Notes under the pieces: model-generated
Database searches by the model: none
What the model saw: the letters and a program-made list of their open reading frames with translations, nothing else
What the model was told of the DNA's origin: nothing
IMG/VR virus record: IMGVR_UViG_3300021958_000002
Coordinates: 6-64,005 of that record
Reading direction: 5' to 3' (one strand)
Length of the DNA stretch: 64,000 bases
Source of the DNA: a virus
Taxonomy: Duplodnaviria; Caudoviricetes
In this document: positions 54,919 through 63,409 of the stretch, piece after piece
Numbering within the stretch: the first letter of the stretch is position 1
Layout of the letters: each line of letters opens with the position of its first letter
Translations under genes and position numbers: made by a program

Positions 54919-56308
54919 TGGTTCTAGTCTGTCTGATATTGGTACTCCTGCTTCAGACGACAAGATTCTTATTCAGGATACTTCTGACAGCGATGTTGTT
55001 AAGTACGTTGATTGGTCTGATGTTGGTGGTGGTGGGGATGTTGTTTCTGACACCACTCCTCAGCTTGGTGGGGATCTTGATCTCAATTCAAACGACATAA
55101 CTGGTACTGGTAATATTAATATTACTGGCACATTAAACACGTCTGGTTTAGCTACCCTCCCAGGAATATCTCTTGGTTCTACGGGTATTTTAGGGACTGG
55201 GGGTATTTCTACAACGGGCAATATTAGCACACTTGGGTCTGGTAATATTTCAAGTGCAGGAACACTAAGCGTCACAGGCAACGCCACTTTTAACTCAAAC
55301 CTATACACATCAGGTGTTCAGTTTACAGGTTCAGGAACGAATATTATTGGGCCTTCTGGAACTGGGGGTACACAGGACGATTTAGAGATTAGGAGCAACG
55401 GAAACATTACCGCAGTTTTAGATTATGATAGTGATGAGGCCGCTCAAGCTTTTATTGTAAAAAATCAGGCTGGTACGATAATTTTTCAGGTTGATGAGGA
55501 TGGGATAAGTAGCGGTTTGTTTACCTCTGCAACCCCATCCCTTGCTACTGTTTCTAATTGGGAAAATTCTCAAACTGGAACCCTCACTGTAAGCAACTAT
55601 GTTTCTAGTGCTACCTATGAGGTTAAGCTTTATAACAGCAGTGACGTCGAACAGACTAGTCAAACCATAACCAATAACAACGACGGAACCTTCTCTATTA
55701 CTAGCGCCCCCGTTTTAACTGGCGCGTATTTTACAGTGAGGTCCGTTGAGTTTGGAGAGTTGGTGAGCCAAACAGCTACGTCTAACACGTTTAACATAAC
55801 GGCACCAGCTACATCAAAAAGGTATTGGAGGCTGCAAATGACTGATGCGAGCAAAAACCCAGTAAGCTCTCAAGTTGCTTTGGGTGATTTCAGGCTTTAC
55901 ACGGCTACAGGTGGAGGAGGTACGGCGTACCCATCAAACATGACCAGCGCAACAACCCCGTCACCTTATGTTGTCACAGAGGGGTATGAATATTCGTCAA
56001 CTTATGCCGCATGGAAAGCGTTTGACGGTAGTGGATCATCAGCGTCGTCCATGTGGTGGTCGCTAGGCAATAGCACTGCGGCAAACAACTGGATTCAAAT
56101 TGACCTGGGTAGCTCTATTGAAATGGGGAGTGGAGAGTGTCAGATTACAACCTCAGGTGGTTGGACTAACGCAAACTACGCAGTTCTTTACGGATCAGAC
56201 ACTGGTTCGTTTAGTGGAGAAGAACGAGAAATGGCGTTTTTTCAAAACATCGATAAAGCTGGAGAGTCTGGGGGAACTTTTACAACCTATACAGAAGCAA
56301 TCACATGA
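54890..56308 (+). CDS. Tail fibre protein with a discoidin (F5/8C)-like tip
   Basis: MATWKKV start; DTTPQLGGDLD; AWKAFDG...WWS...NWIQIDLG. Confidence 0.7.
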   Translation: MATWKKVIADGSSLSDIGTPASDDKILIQDTSDSDVVKYVDWSDVGGGGDVVSDTTPQLGGDLDLNSNDITGTGNINITGTLNTSGLATLPGISLGSTGILGTGGISTTGNISTLGSGNISSAGTLSVTGNATFNSNLYTSGVQFTGSGTNIIGPSGTGGTQDDLEIRSNGNITAVLDYDSDEAAQAFIVKNQAGTIIFQVDEDGISSGLFTSATPSLATVSNWENSQTGTLTVSNYVSSATYEVKLYNSSDVEQTSQTITNNNDGTFSITSAPVLTGAYFTVRSVEFGELVSQTATSNTFNITAPATSKRYWRLQMTDASKNPVSSQVALGDFRLYTATGGGGTAYPSNMTSATTPSPYVVTEGYEYSSTYAAWKAFDGSGSSASSMWWSLGNSTAANNWIQIDLGSSIEMGSGECQITTSGGWTNANYAVLYGSDTGSFSGEEREMAFFQNIDKAGESGGTFTTYTEAIT

Positions 56309-56559
56309 CGCTGACAGAAGGAGCAACAAATGAGATAAACTCTCGATGGCCTGAGCACAAGCAGCGAAACTGTGGCTTGATGCCTGATATATACGGCATT
56401 GAATACAGGGACAACATGACGATAGGCATACAGCTTGTAAGAGAAAGGTATCACCAGTTAAAAGAATCTGGTGAAACCACTTGGAGTATTGATCAAAGGA
56501 CTTCTGACCTTTTAGATGAACTAGTAGGGGTCAACACTGGCTTGTCTCCAACCCCCTGA
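56305..56559 (+). CDS. Putative fibre assembly protein
   Basis: W...KQRN pattern; follows a fibre gene with ATGA overlap. Confidence 0.45.
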   Translation: MTLTEGATNEINSRWPEHKQRNCGLMPDIYGIEYRDNMTIGIQLVRERYHQLKESGETTWSIDQRTSDLLDELVGVNTGLSPTP

Positions 56560-56573
56560 TATTTTGTTTTTAT

Positions 56574-56581
56574 TATCTTTG
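56574..56581 (+). promoter_or_regulatory. -7 element TATCTTTG, 4 nt before ATG 56586
   Basis: tatTATCTTTGccttATG. Confidence 0.7.
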
Positions 56582-56585
56582 CCTT

Positions 56586-56858
56586 ATGCCTAGGGTAAAG
56601 AAAAAAAGTAAAGGGGCTATGTCTGGCTGCACCATTGGTAATGGTTGCAAAAGCAAGAAGGGTGGTTTGACGGCTAAGGGTCGCGCCATGATCAACCGTA
56701 AGACTGGCTCTAAGCTCAAGGCCCCACAACCAGGTGGTGGGCCAAGGAAGCGCTCATTCTGCGCTCGTAACCTTGGGCAGATTAAGAAGTTTAGAATCGA
56801 CTGTCGCAAGACTCCAGACAAGAGAGCTTGCAAGGCACGTAGAAGATGGAAGTGCTAA
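56586..56858 (+). CDS. Small basic protein (GGLTAKGR...RKRSFCAR family)
   Basis: K/R/C-rich; motif recalled from aquatic phages. Confidence 0.7.
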   Translation: MPRVKKKSKGAMSGCTIGNGCKSKKGGLTAKGRAMINRKTGSKLKAPQPGGGPRKRSFCARNLGQIKKFRIDCRKTPDKRACKARRRWKC

Positions 56859-57043
56859 TGCAGTCAGTAAAGAAAAATAAAGGTGGGGAACTTAATATCA
56901 GCAGCGCTAAGAAAGCTGTTGCACCTCCTGCTGGGTATCATTGGATGGTGGATCGAGGGAGATATTTTCTTATGAAAGGAGACTACAAGCCACATGATAA
57001 GGCAGTGGAGAAGGCGGAGTTCAAGCTTGTAAACCACTCATAA
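56858..57043 (+). CDS. Small basic protein (APPAGYHWM...LMKG.YKPH)
   Basis: TAATG-coupled. Confidence 0.65.
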   Translation: MQSVKKNKGGELNISSAKKAVAPPAGYHWMVDRGRYFLMKGDYKPHDKAVEKAEFKLVNHS

Positions 57044-57186
57044 TGAAGGCAAAGAAAGACGCTTGCTACCACAAGGTAAAGGCTAGGTACAAGGTTTGGC
57101 CATCAGCTTACGCTTCTGGTGCGCTCGTGCGTTGCAGAAAGGTTGGGGCTGCTAACTGGGGCAATAAGTCAAGCAAAAAGAAATGA
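57043..57186 (+). CDS. 47-aa basic protein (DACYHKVKARYKVWPSAYASGALVRCRK.G..NWG), absent from the ORF track
   Basis: Translated by hand; coupled on both sides. Confidence 0.7.
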   Translation: MKAKKDACYHKVKARYKVWPSAYASGALVRCRKVGAANWGNKSSKKK

Positions 57187-57440
57187 GCAAGGAGGGCCTG
57201 AGGAAGTGGTTCAACAGGAACCAGGGGAGAGGATGGGTTGACTGCAAAGCTTCTAAGCGAGCAGGCAAGTTCGTTCCGTGCGGCAGAAAAAAGGCTGGTG
57301 ACAAGCGAGGTACTGGCTACCCAGCATGTCGTCCTACTCTTGCCCAGTGCAATCAAACTGGCATGCGAAGAAAGAAAAGCAGCAAGCGAGTTTCATGGAA
57401 AAAGGGGGAGCATGGTATGCGAATAATCAAAAAAGTTTAA
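57183..57440 (+). CDS. Small basic protein (LRKWF...WVDC...PCGR...YPACRP)
   Basis: K/R/C/W-rich; ATGA overlap. Confidence 0.7.
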   Translation: MSKEGLRKWFNRNQGRGWVDCKASKRAGKFVPCGRKKAGDKRGTGYPACRPTLAQCNQTGMRRKKSSKRVSWKKGEHGMRIIKKV

Positions 57441-57444
57441 TTAC

Positions 57445-57452
57445 TATATTTG
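57445..57452 (+). promoter_or_regulatory. -7 element TATATTTG upstream of the capsid block
   Basis: acTATATTTGcata; ATG at 57472. Confidence 0.65.
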
Positions 57453-57471
57453 CATAAATATTTAGGAAATA

Positions 57472-57873
57472 ATGGCAACTACTAACGCTACATTGACAAT
57501 CACGAGCGCTGACTTGACGGGGGACGCACTGTCTCTATCGACAACAGCAACGCTCACAACATCTACTAGCGCCACCACTGGTCTTGATGAGACTACTGGT
57601 GTGGCTAGAAAAAACTACGACGCTGCTGTAACAAACTCTGCGTTGATCTCAGCTGCTGACTACGGCACTGGAGCCAACAAGATTTACATCAAGAACAACT
57701 CAACAACAGCATCAAACTCAGTACAGATTGAGCTTGGTTCATCAAACTTGGTTCTTGGTAAGTTGTACGGCGGCGACTGGGCATTCTTCCCATACGAAGG
57801 AACTAACGACATTGACATCACTACTAGCGGTAGCAACGTAGTGGTAGAGTACATGGTGATTTACGAATCGTAA
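57472..57873 (+). CDS. Putative auxiliary capsid protein, paralog A
   Basis: A.LTI.S.D...LSL, IYIKN, GG..AFFP shared with the next gene. Confidence 0.55.
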   Translation: MATTNATLTITSADLTGDALSLSTTATLTTSTSATTGLDETTGVARKNYDAAVTNSALISAADYGTGANKIYIKNNSTTASNSVQIELGSSNLVLGKLYGGDWAFFPYEGTNDIDITTSGSNVVVEYMVIYES

Positions 57874-58277
57874 TGGCCAGAGTAAAAGCGTCATTAACCA
57901 TTAACAGCACAGATGCGCTGAGCACTCCTGTGTCCCTGTCCTTGTCTACGACAATGGATGTGGATTCTGGTAGCGTGATCAGAGCAAAGGTTGCCACCAC
58001 TGCTTCCTCTGGTGCAATGACGGTACACAAGGCTGACGAGAAGCTCGTACACTCTTACCTGTACATCAGAAACCTCGACCCAGTAAAAGAAAACTTTTTG
58101 TACGTCTTTGCTGACACTGCGGCTGATGATCCAGTCGTGATGAAGATTGGTGGGGGTGAGTTTGCTTTTGTCCCAGTTCAGGAGGACCAGCTCTTCAAGG
58201 CGTATGGAACCAAAACTGAGCAGCTGCTTGAGTACGGCGTGTTTGGATTGGATAACGCATCTAACTTCTTAGCTTAA
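57873..58277 (+). CDS. Putative auxiliary capsid protein, paralog B
   Basis: ASLTINSTD...LSL, LYIRN, GGGEFAFVP. Confidence 0.55.
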   Translation: MARVKASLTINSTDALSTPVSLSLSTTMDVDSGSVIRAKVATTASSGAMTVHKADEKLVHSYLYIRNLDPVKENFLYVFADTAADDPVVMKIGGGEFAFVPVQEDQLFKAYGTKTEQLLEYGVFGLDNASNFLA

Positions 58278-58282
58278 AAGAC

Positions 58283-58963
58283 ATGCCAAAAGTAAGTATA
58301 CCAAATCATTACCAGTGGGCGTTGCTTCTGGAAAGCACAGCACAGGAAACAGACATGGTCGCCCCACAGGGCAGATGGAGGGCCATTCACAATATTCATG
58401 ATGGCGCTATTGATCTTTTGATTCCTGGTAACCAGGTGTATCAGCACTTTGATGAAGACGCCGTTGCGAGATCTGCGGTTTACGCCCCAGGAAACTCTGG
58501 TAAGCTAGACGAAAACACCGCCCTTGCTGATTTTGATGGTACTGTGACGGCTGTTGATGCTGGTACTACAGCCAACTTTACAGGGGACTCCTCAGGTACT
58601 GTTACGGTAACAAGGAATGGAGTGGAAAACCCAGGTGGTGTAACCGCCCCATCTTTTGACGGTATCAATTGGACGTCATCCGCTCTTGCCACACTTGTCG
58701 TTAATGGTGAGGGTTCTGGCCTTGAGGAGGGTGATGTTATAACATTTCCTTTGACAACAAATACTGACATTACGATCACCTTCACGGTTGGTCAGGATGA
58801 CTTGCAGCTCAAGGACGGAATTTACCAGAAGGTAAGCGATGCAGACGTTACGTTTACTGATGTTCTTGCTGCTGGAGAAATCATGTATTTGAACGTAAGT
58901 CAGTTCCAGTTTGCTGCTGGTGACGACAACAATGACGGCAAGATCGTCGCATACTTTGGATAA
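58283..58963 (+). CDS. Putative structural protein
   Basis: Thr/Gly/Asp-rich beta-type ORF in the head block. Confidence 0.5.
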   Translation: MPKVSIPNHYQWALLLESTAQETDMVAPQGRWRAIHNIHDGAIDLLIPGNQVYQHFDEDAVARSAVYAPGNSGKLDENTALADFDGTVTAVDAGTTANFTGDSSGTVTVTRNGVENPGGVTAPSFDGINWTSSALATLVVNGEGSGLEEGDVITFPLTTNTDITITFTVGQDDLQLKDGIYQKVSDADVTFTDVLAAGEIMYLNVSQFQFAAGDDNNDGKIVAYFG

Positions 58964-58987
58964 GATTATCTAACAAATTTAATATAA

Positions 58988-60169
58988 ATGGAACAGAATA
59001 CAATCGATGAGATTGCAGGAATGAAGGTCTTCAGTAACCCTGAGGACCTTGCTGCATCTATGGCTTCACAGCCAGAAGCACCAGTTCAAGAACAACCTGA
59101 AGCCACCCCAGAACAGCCAGTTCAAGAGGAACAGCAGCCACAGGTTATGGAGGCATCTCAACCAGAGCAGCCAGTTCAAGAACAACCAACAGGGCAAGAG
59201 GAGCCTCAACCAGAGCGTCCGCAGTTCGATGCGGTACTGGAGGAGCAGCCCCCAGCCCCACAGATTCAACAAGATGAATATTCAGATCAAGAGATTGAGG
59301 ACGCTGTCTTTGTTTATCTAAGCGAGAGGCTTGGTAGAGAGCTAAACTCTTTCGATGATTTGACTACTTCCCAGGCCCCAGCTCTCGACGAGAGAATTGA
59401 GGCCATCGCTCGCTTTGTGGAAGAAACAGGACGAGAGCCACAGGATTGGTTTGCTTACCAGTCGCTCAATCCGTCTGAGATGGACGATTTGACGGCTGTC
59501 AGAGTCTCTATGGCCTCTGAGTACCCCAACCTGGCGCCTCAAGAACTGGATCTTCTTATTGGGAGCAAATACAAGCTGGACTCAGATATCCATACGGATG
59601 AAGAGGTAAGGCTGTCTCAGGTTCAACTTAAGGTTGATGCTCAAAACGCACGGACCCAAATCGAAGGTGTGAGAGACACCTACAAGGCTCCAGCTCCACG
59701 AGAGAATCAGCAGATGGAAGATCCTGAACCAATCATAACTGCTGACTGGATTGCTCAGATGTCTGCGGAAGTTGACGCCCTGGAAGGACTTGAGTTCGAC
59801 CTTGGTGGCGAGAAGACTTTCACCTTTGGACTGAATGATCAGTACAAGAATCAGTTGAAAACAAAAAACGCTCGTTTAGACGAGTACTTCGACCCTTACG
59901 TAAGCGAAGACGGTAGCTGGGACTACGACTTGCTTTCATCTCACAGGGCCGTCATCGACAATATCGACAGTATTGTGGCTGCTGCCTATAGGCAGGGGCT
60001 GGGTGACGGGCAGAAAAACCTAGTGAGTAATGCAGCAAACGTCCAATCTCAAACACCTTCTTATGGCGAGCAAGGGGTCAACCAGACAACCGCCCTTGCT
60101 GACAAAGTAAAAGATTTGATGCGTGGGCAGGGTAACGGATTGTCTATTAACCCTATGAACTTTAAATAA
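58988..60169 (+). CDS. Capsid scaffold/assembly-like protein
   Basis: Acidic with EQP-rich linker, directly upstream of the MCP as in crAss-like genomes. Confidence 0.6.
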   Translation: MEQNTIDEIAGMKVFSNPEDLAASMASQPEAPVQEQPEATPEQPVQEEQQPQVMEASQPEQPVQEQPTGQEEPQPERPQFDAVLEEQPPAPQIQQDEYSDQEIEDAVFVYLSERLGRELNSFDDLTTSQAPALDERIEAIARFVEETGREPQDWFAYQSLNPSEMDDLTAVRVSMASEYPNLAPQELDLLIGSKYKLDSDIHTDEEVRLSQVQLKVDAQNARTQIEGVRDTYKAPAPRENQQMEDPEPIITADWIAQMSAEVDALEGLEFDLGGEKTFTFGLNDQYKNQLKTKNARLDEYFDPYVSEDGSWDYDLLSSHRAVIDNIDSIVAAAYRQGLGDGQKNLVSNAANVQSQTPSYGEQGVNQTTALADKVKDLMRGQGNGLSINPMNFK

Positions 60170-60178
60170 TAAGAAAAC

Positions 60179-61621
60179 ATGGCTAGTGTAGGAACTACTC
60201 AAGTTAATCACACTGGTGGCTCTAACAATGGAGCACCACAACTCCAGTTGACTCCAGACAGATACACAACTCTGGATACGCTGATTAACACAACAAAAGA
60301 CTTTGTTCTCCCTGAACTCGTTCAGTCATACGGAGACCAAGGCATTACTGGATTTTTGCGCTTGACTGGCGCAGTAAACAACGGCGGAACTTCTGATCAA
60401 GTTGATTGGTGGGAGGCAGGCAGACGTCACCAGACATTCACTGGTAATGCTGGAACTGGAGCTGGTAACACCATCTCTATCGATGTGGGGGATGATGACG
60501 CCAATGACCCAGCGGTAAACAAGTTGGTTCAGACGAATGACGTAATCATGAACGTCAATACTGGCGTCAGATTGATCGTAGAAGACGATAGAAGAACCGC
60601 TGGTGGTCTTGGATCCACAGTAGATAATGATGCGATTACGGTTTCAAGACTCGATGGGGCAACAATTGCTAACGACGGAGCTACTTATACGGCTTCTACT
60701 GACGAAACCTACATCGTACTTGGTAACCTCTACGGACAGGGTACTGATCAGCCTGAGCACTTCACTGATGCTCAGCCAGTAAAGTACTACAACCCGTTCA
60801 TGATCGTTAAGGATCGTTACCAAGTGAATGGTTCACAAGCAACTAATATTGGTTGGGTTGACGTAGGTGGCGGTGAGTACCGTTGGTTTATGTACGGTGA
60901 GCAAGAGGCTCGTAAGCGTTTCGAAGATCGCCGTGAGATGATGATGTTGTTTGGTGAAAAGAGAGATGGAGGATACAACTCTAACAGTGCTGAGCTTGGT
61001 CTTGGGTCTGAGGGTTACTTCTCTGCTGTTGAGGCAAGAGGTATCGTAGTGTCTAACGCTAACGCTAACCCTCTCGACTCATTCGCTGAGTTTGATGACA
61101 TCATCTTGGAATTGGACAAGCAAGGCGCCCCTTCTGAGTACGCTATGTACGTAAACAGAAAGCAAGACTTGGCTATCGACGATATGTTGGCAAGCGGTAT
61201 CGCTACTTCTGTAACCGCTGGTTTGGCTGGACAGTTTGGTGCGTTTAACAACGACTCAGACATGGCTGTAAAGTTGGGCTTTAAGTCGTTTACTCGCGGT
61301 GGATATACCTTCCACAAGCACGATTGGAAGCTGTTGAATGATCCTACTTTGTTGGGGGCAAGCAACAAGTTCCAGGGTGCTATGATCCCTATGTCTCAAG
61401 TTACTGATGCACGTTCAGGTATGAAGGCGCCAGCCCTCGCTATGTACTACAAGGCTGCTAACGGGTATTCTCGTGAGATGGAGCACTGGGTAACTGGTGG
61501 TGGTGTGCTTGGGTACAACAACAACGGTGATGCAGGTAAGGACGTTGCTACGTTCCACTACCGCTCTGAAATCGCTTTGTGTACTCGTGCTGCAAACCAA
61601 CACGTAGTTATCAAGGGATAA
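60179..61621 (+). CDS. Major capsid protein
   Basis: 480 aa; LPELVQSYGDQ.ITGFL, W.E.GR.H, N...I.KD.Y.V.GS, GSEG.F, GF..F..GGYTF...DWK.LND. Confidence 0.85.
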   Translation: MASVGTTQVNHTGGSNNGAPQLQLTPDRYTTLDTLINTTKDFVLPELVQSYGDQGITGFLRLTGAVNNGGTSDQVDWWEAGRRHQTFTGNAGTGAGNTISIDVGDDDANDPAVNKLVQTNDVIMNVNTGVRLIVEDDRRTAGGLGSTVDNDAITVSRLDGATIANDGATYTASTDETYIVLGNLYGQGTDQPEHFTDAQPVKYYNPFMIVKDRYQVNGSQATNIGWVDVGGGEYRWFMYGEQEARKRFEDRREMMMLFGEKRDGGYNSNSAELGLGSEGYFSAVEARGIVVSNANANPLDSFAEFDDIILELDKQGAPSEYAMYVNRKQDLAIDDMLASGIATSVTAGLAGQFGAFNNDSDMAVKLGFKSFTRGGYTFHKHDWKLLNDPTLLGASNKFQGAMIPMSQVTDARSGMKAPALAMYYKAANGYSREMEHWVTGGGVLGYNNNGDAGKDVATFHYRSEIALCTRAANQHVVIKG

Positions 61622-61635
61622 TTAACCTGAAGTGA

Positions 61636-61661
61636 AGGGGAGGGGCTTCGGCCCTTCCCTC
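61636..61661 (+). other. GC-rich hairpin with UUCG loop after the MCP (stabiliser or weak terminator)
   Basis: aggggaggggc-ttcg-gcccttccct; no U-tract directly after. Confidence 0.55.
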
Positions 61662-61682
61662 TAGCTTCATAATACTTTTATT

Positions 61683-62183
61683 ATGAGCATTAACAAAACA
61701 CTTCCAGGTCCACAGCTAGTTTCAACAAGAGTCATCGCAAAAGATGTTTTAAAACAGAACGGCTTTGGACCAACCTTTGGCTTGAATCAACCTGCTAACA
61801 GCGTTGTAGAAAAAGTTTACGTCAGAATCCTTAAGGCTCCTTCTATTGCTACAGGGTGTAGCATTGGATTTGAGGCTGGAACTGATGCGGACATTGACGA
61901 TATCGTTAACCAGAGTGGAGATAACGACGCTAGTGATAACATCCTAGATGCAGCTTCTGATAATCCAGCAACAATCCCAGTAAACACAATTTACGACTCA
62001 GACACAGCGAGCGCTTTTGGGTTTGTTTCTCGTAGTTTTGCTACTGGTGATGCTGCAACTGAAACGGCCACTACAATCGTTACTGAAGACACCCCCATTC
62101 AGTTTAGGTTTAGACTTAGCAACCATGCTATTACCACCAATATGGACGTTGAAGTTTCTTTCATCTTCAGAGTATTCGAGTAA
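61683..62183 (+). CDS. Putative capsid decoration protein
   Basis: Beta-rich ORF directly after the MCP. Confidence 0.5.
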   Translation: MSINKTLPGPQLVSTRVIAKDVLKQNGFGPTFGLNQPANSVVEKVYVRILKAPSIATGCSIGFEAGTDADIDDIVNQSGDNDASDNILDAASDNPATIPVNTIYDSDTASAFGFVSRSFATGDAATETATTIVTEDTPIQFRFRLSNHAITTNMDVEVSFIFRVFE

Positions 62184-62204
62184 TACGACCAAAACTAACT
62201 ACGG

Positions 62205-62236
62205 AAAGTCTCTCAATTGAGGGGCTTTTCTTTTTT
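62205..62236 (+). terminator. Intrinsic terminator
   Basis: aaagtctctc-aatt-gaggggcttt followed by tctttttt. Confidence 0.8.
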
Positions 62237-62237
62237 G

Positions 62238-62245
62238 TATATTTG
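62238..62245 (+). promoter_or_regulatory. -7 element TATATTTG
   Basis: Directly after the terminator; ATG at 62261. Confidence 0.65.
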
Positions 62246-62260
62246 TGAAAAATAAACAGG

Positions 62261-62566
62261 ATGGAAAAGTTCTTATTCTTTAGAAACACTGCGTCTGATG
62301 CGGCTTTAATACCAGTTAGCAAGATAAAGAGTTACAAAACTGACACTAACTCTGATGCGATTAGTTTTCTTTTAGAGGATCCTAATGTTGGAGAAGTTGA
62401 TAGCGTCGTAATCTCTGTTGTTCTAGACCAGGTTCACAAGGTCTATGACTCATTGGCTGATGCTCTCAACAACCCTTCACAGACATTCATCGTTATTGCT
62501 GATGATGTTGACAATGAATACCTTGACTTAAACATCACTGGCGTGGGTTTAATTAGCCTTTCATAA
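62261..62566 (+). CDS. Putative structural protein (paralog family K-F-L-F...IP)
   Basis: N-terminal pattern shared with 62592 and 63410. Confidence 0.55.
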   Translation: MEKFLFFRNTASDAALIPVSKIKSYKTDTNSDAISFLLEDPNVGEVDSVVISVVLDQVHKVYDSLADALNNPSQTFIVIADDVDNEYLDLNITGVGLISLS

Positions 62567-62591
62567 TTCGCAGGCCACACAAATATTAAAT

Positions 62592-63335
62592 ATGTCGAAA
62601 CTCATTTATATAAACGGAGATTCATCAGACAGGGACAACTCTATCTCGATACCTGTTGGTAATCTAAGGGTCATTGAAGCCATAACCTCTTCTACATTTT
62701 ATTTATGGCATGATGGGCCTCAGGGGGCCTACAATAGGATTTCCTTCACTAACGGCGTAAGTGGAAAAGACTTTAAAAAACTATGTAAGGATTTTGTCAA
62801 GGCCGTAAACAACGACAAAACAAACAGAGTAGTTTTGGTTGATAAATTTGAAGGGACTTCATTTAGCAATGAGGTCAACACCTCTGCCCTAAGTCTTTCG
62901 TACACAACTTTCACTGCAAACGAAACCATTTCTGGGGACCTTACCGTTGACGGCACCGCTACTGTTGAGGGCATTGTTTATACCTCGGCATCCGTCGTCG
63001 CAACAGCAGCAGGAGACGGAGCTGGTGTTATTGGATCTGGGGTGTCAATGGTAACGGTGGCCTCGTCCAACGCAGACCATATCGTAACGCTCCCAACACC
63101 ATCCATTGGTCAGATAATCTACATTGTAGAAGCAACAGGAGTTGGATACGAGTTGAGATCAAACGACCCTGAAAACGTCTCGATCAACGGTGGGGCAGGA
63201 GTTGGCTACGAGTCAGCCATAGCAGGGGCAACAGCGTACATTCGATGTGTGGCTGTTTCTACAACTGCTTGGGTTGTAAGTCAATTTGCTGCTGCTGGAA
63301 CAGAATCTGCGGTTGAGGTGGCAAACAACACGTAA
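62592..63335 (+). CDS. Putative head fibre/structural protein
   Basis: Paralogous N-domain, ISGDLTVDG shaft motif and V.LPTPS.GQ domain. Confidence 0.55.
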   Translation: MSKLIYINGDSSDRDNSISIPVGNLRVIEAITSSTFYLWHDGPQGAYNRISFTNGVSGKDFKKLCKDFVKAVNNDKTNRVVLVDKFEGTSFSNEVNTSALSLSYTTFTANETISGDLTVDGTATVEGIVYTSASVVATAAGDGAGVIGSGVSMVTVASSNADHIVTLPTPSIGQIIYIVEATGVGYELRSNDPENVSINGGAGVGYESAIAGATAYIRCVAVSTTAWVVSQFAAAGTESAVEVANNT

Positions 63336-63354
63336 ACCACACGGAACCATATCA

Positions 63355-63383
63355 AAGAGGCCCTACGGGGCCTTTTTCTTTTT
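63355..63383 (+). terminator. Intrinsic terminator
   Basis: aggccc-tac-ggggcct followed by ttttcttttt. Confidence 0.8.
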
Positions 63384-63385
63384 AT

Positions 63386-63393
63386 TATATTTG
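63386..63393 (+). promoter_or_regulatory. -7 element TATATTTG
   Basis: Directly after the terminator; ATG at 63410. Confidence 0.65.
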
Positions 63394-63409
63394 CATGTAA
63401 TTTAATGCA

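Noticed and set aside
49948-56308. Diversity-generating retroelement targeting the fibres
   Set aside because: No reverse transcriptase ORF and no template/variable repeat pair seen
61636-61661. UUCG hairpin as an ncRNA or strong terminator
   Set aside because: Single hairpin with no U-tract; an ordinary post-MCP stabiliser or attenuator
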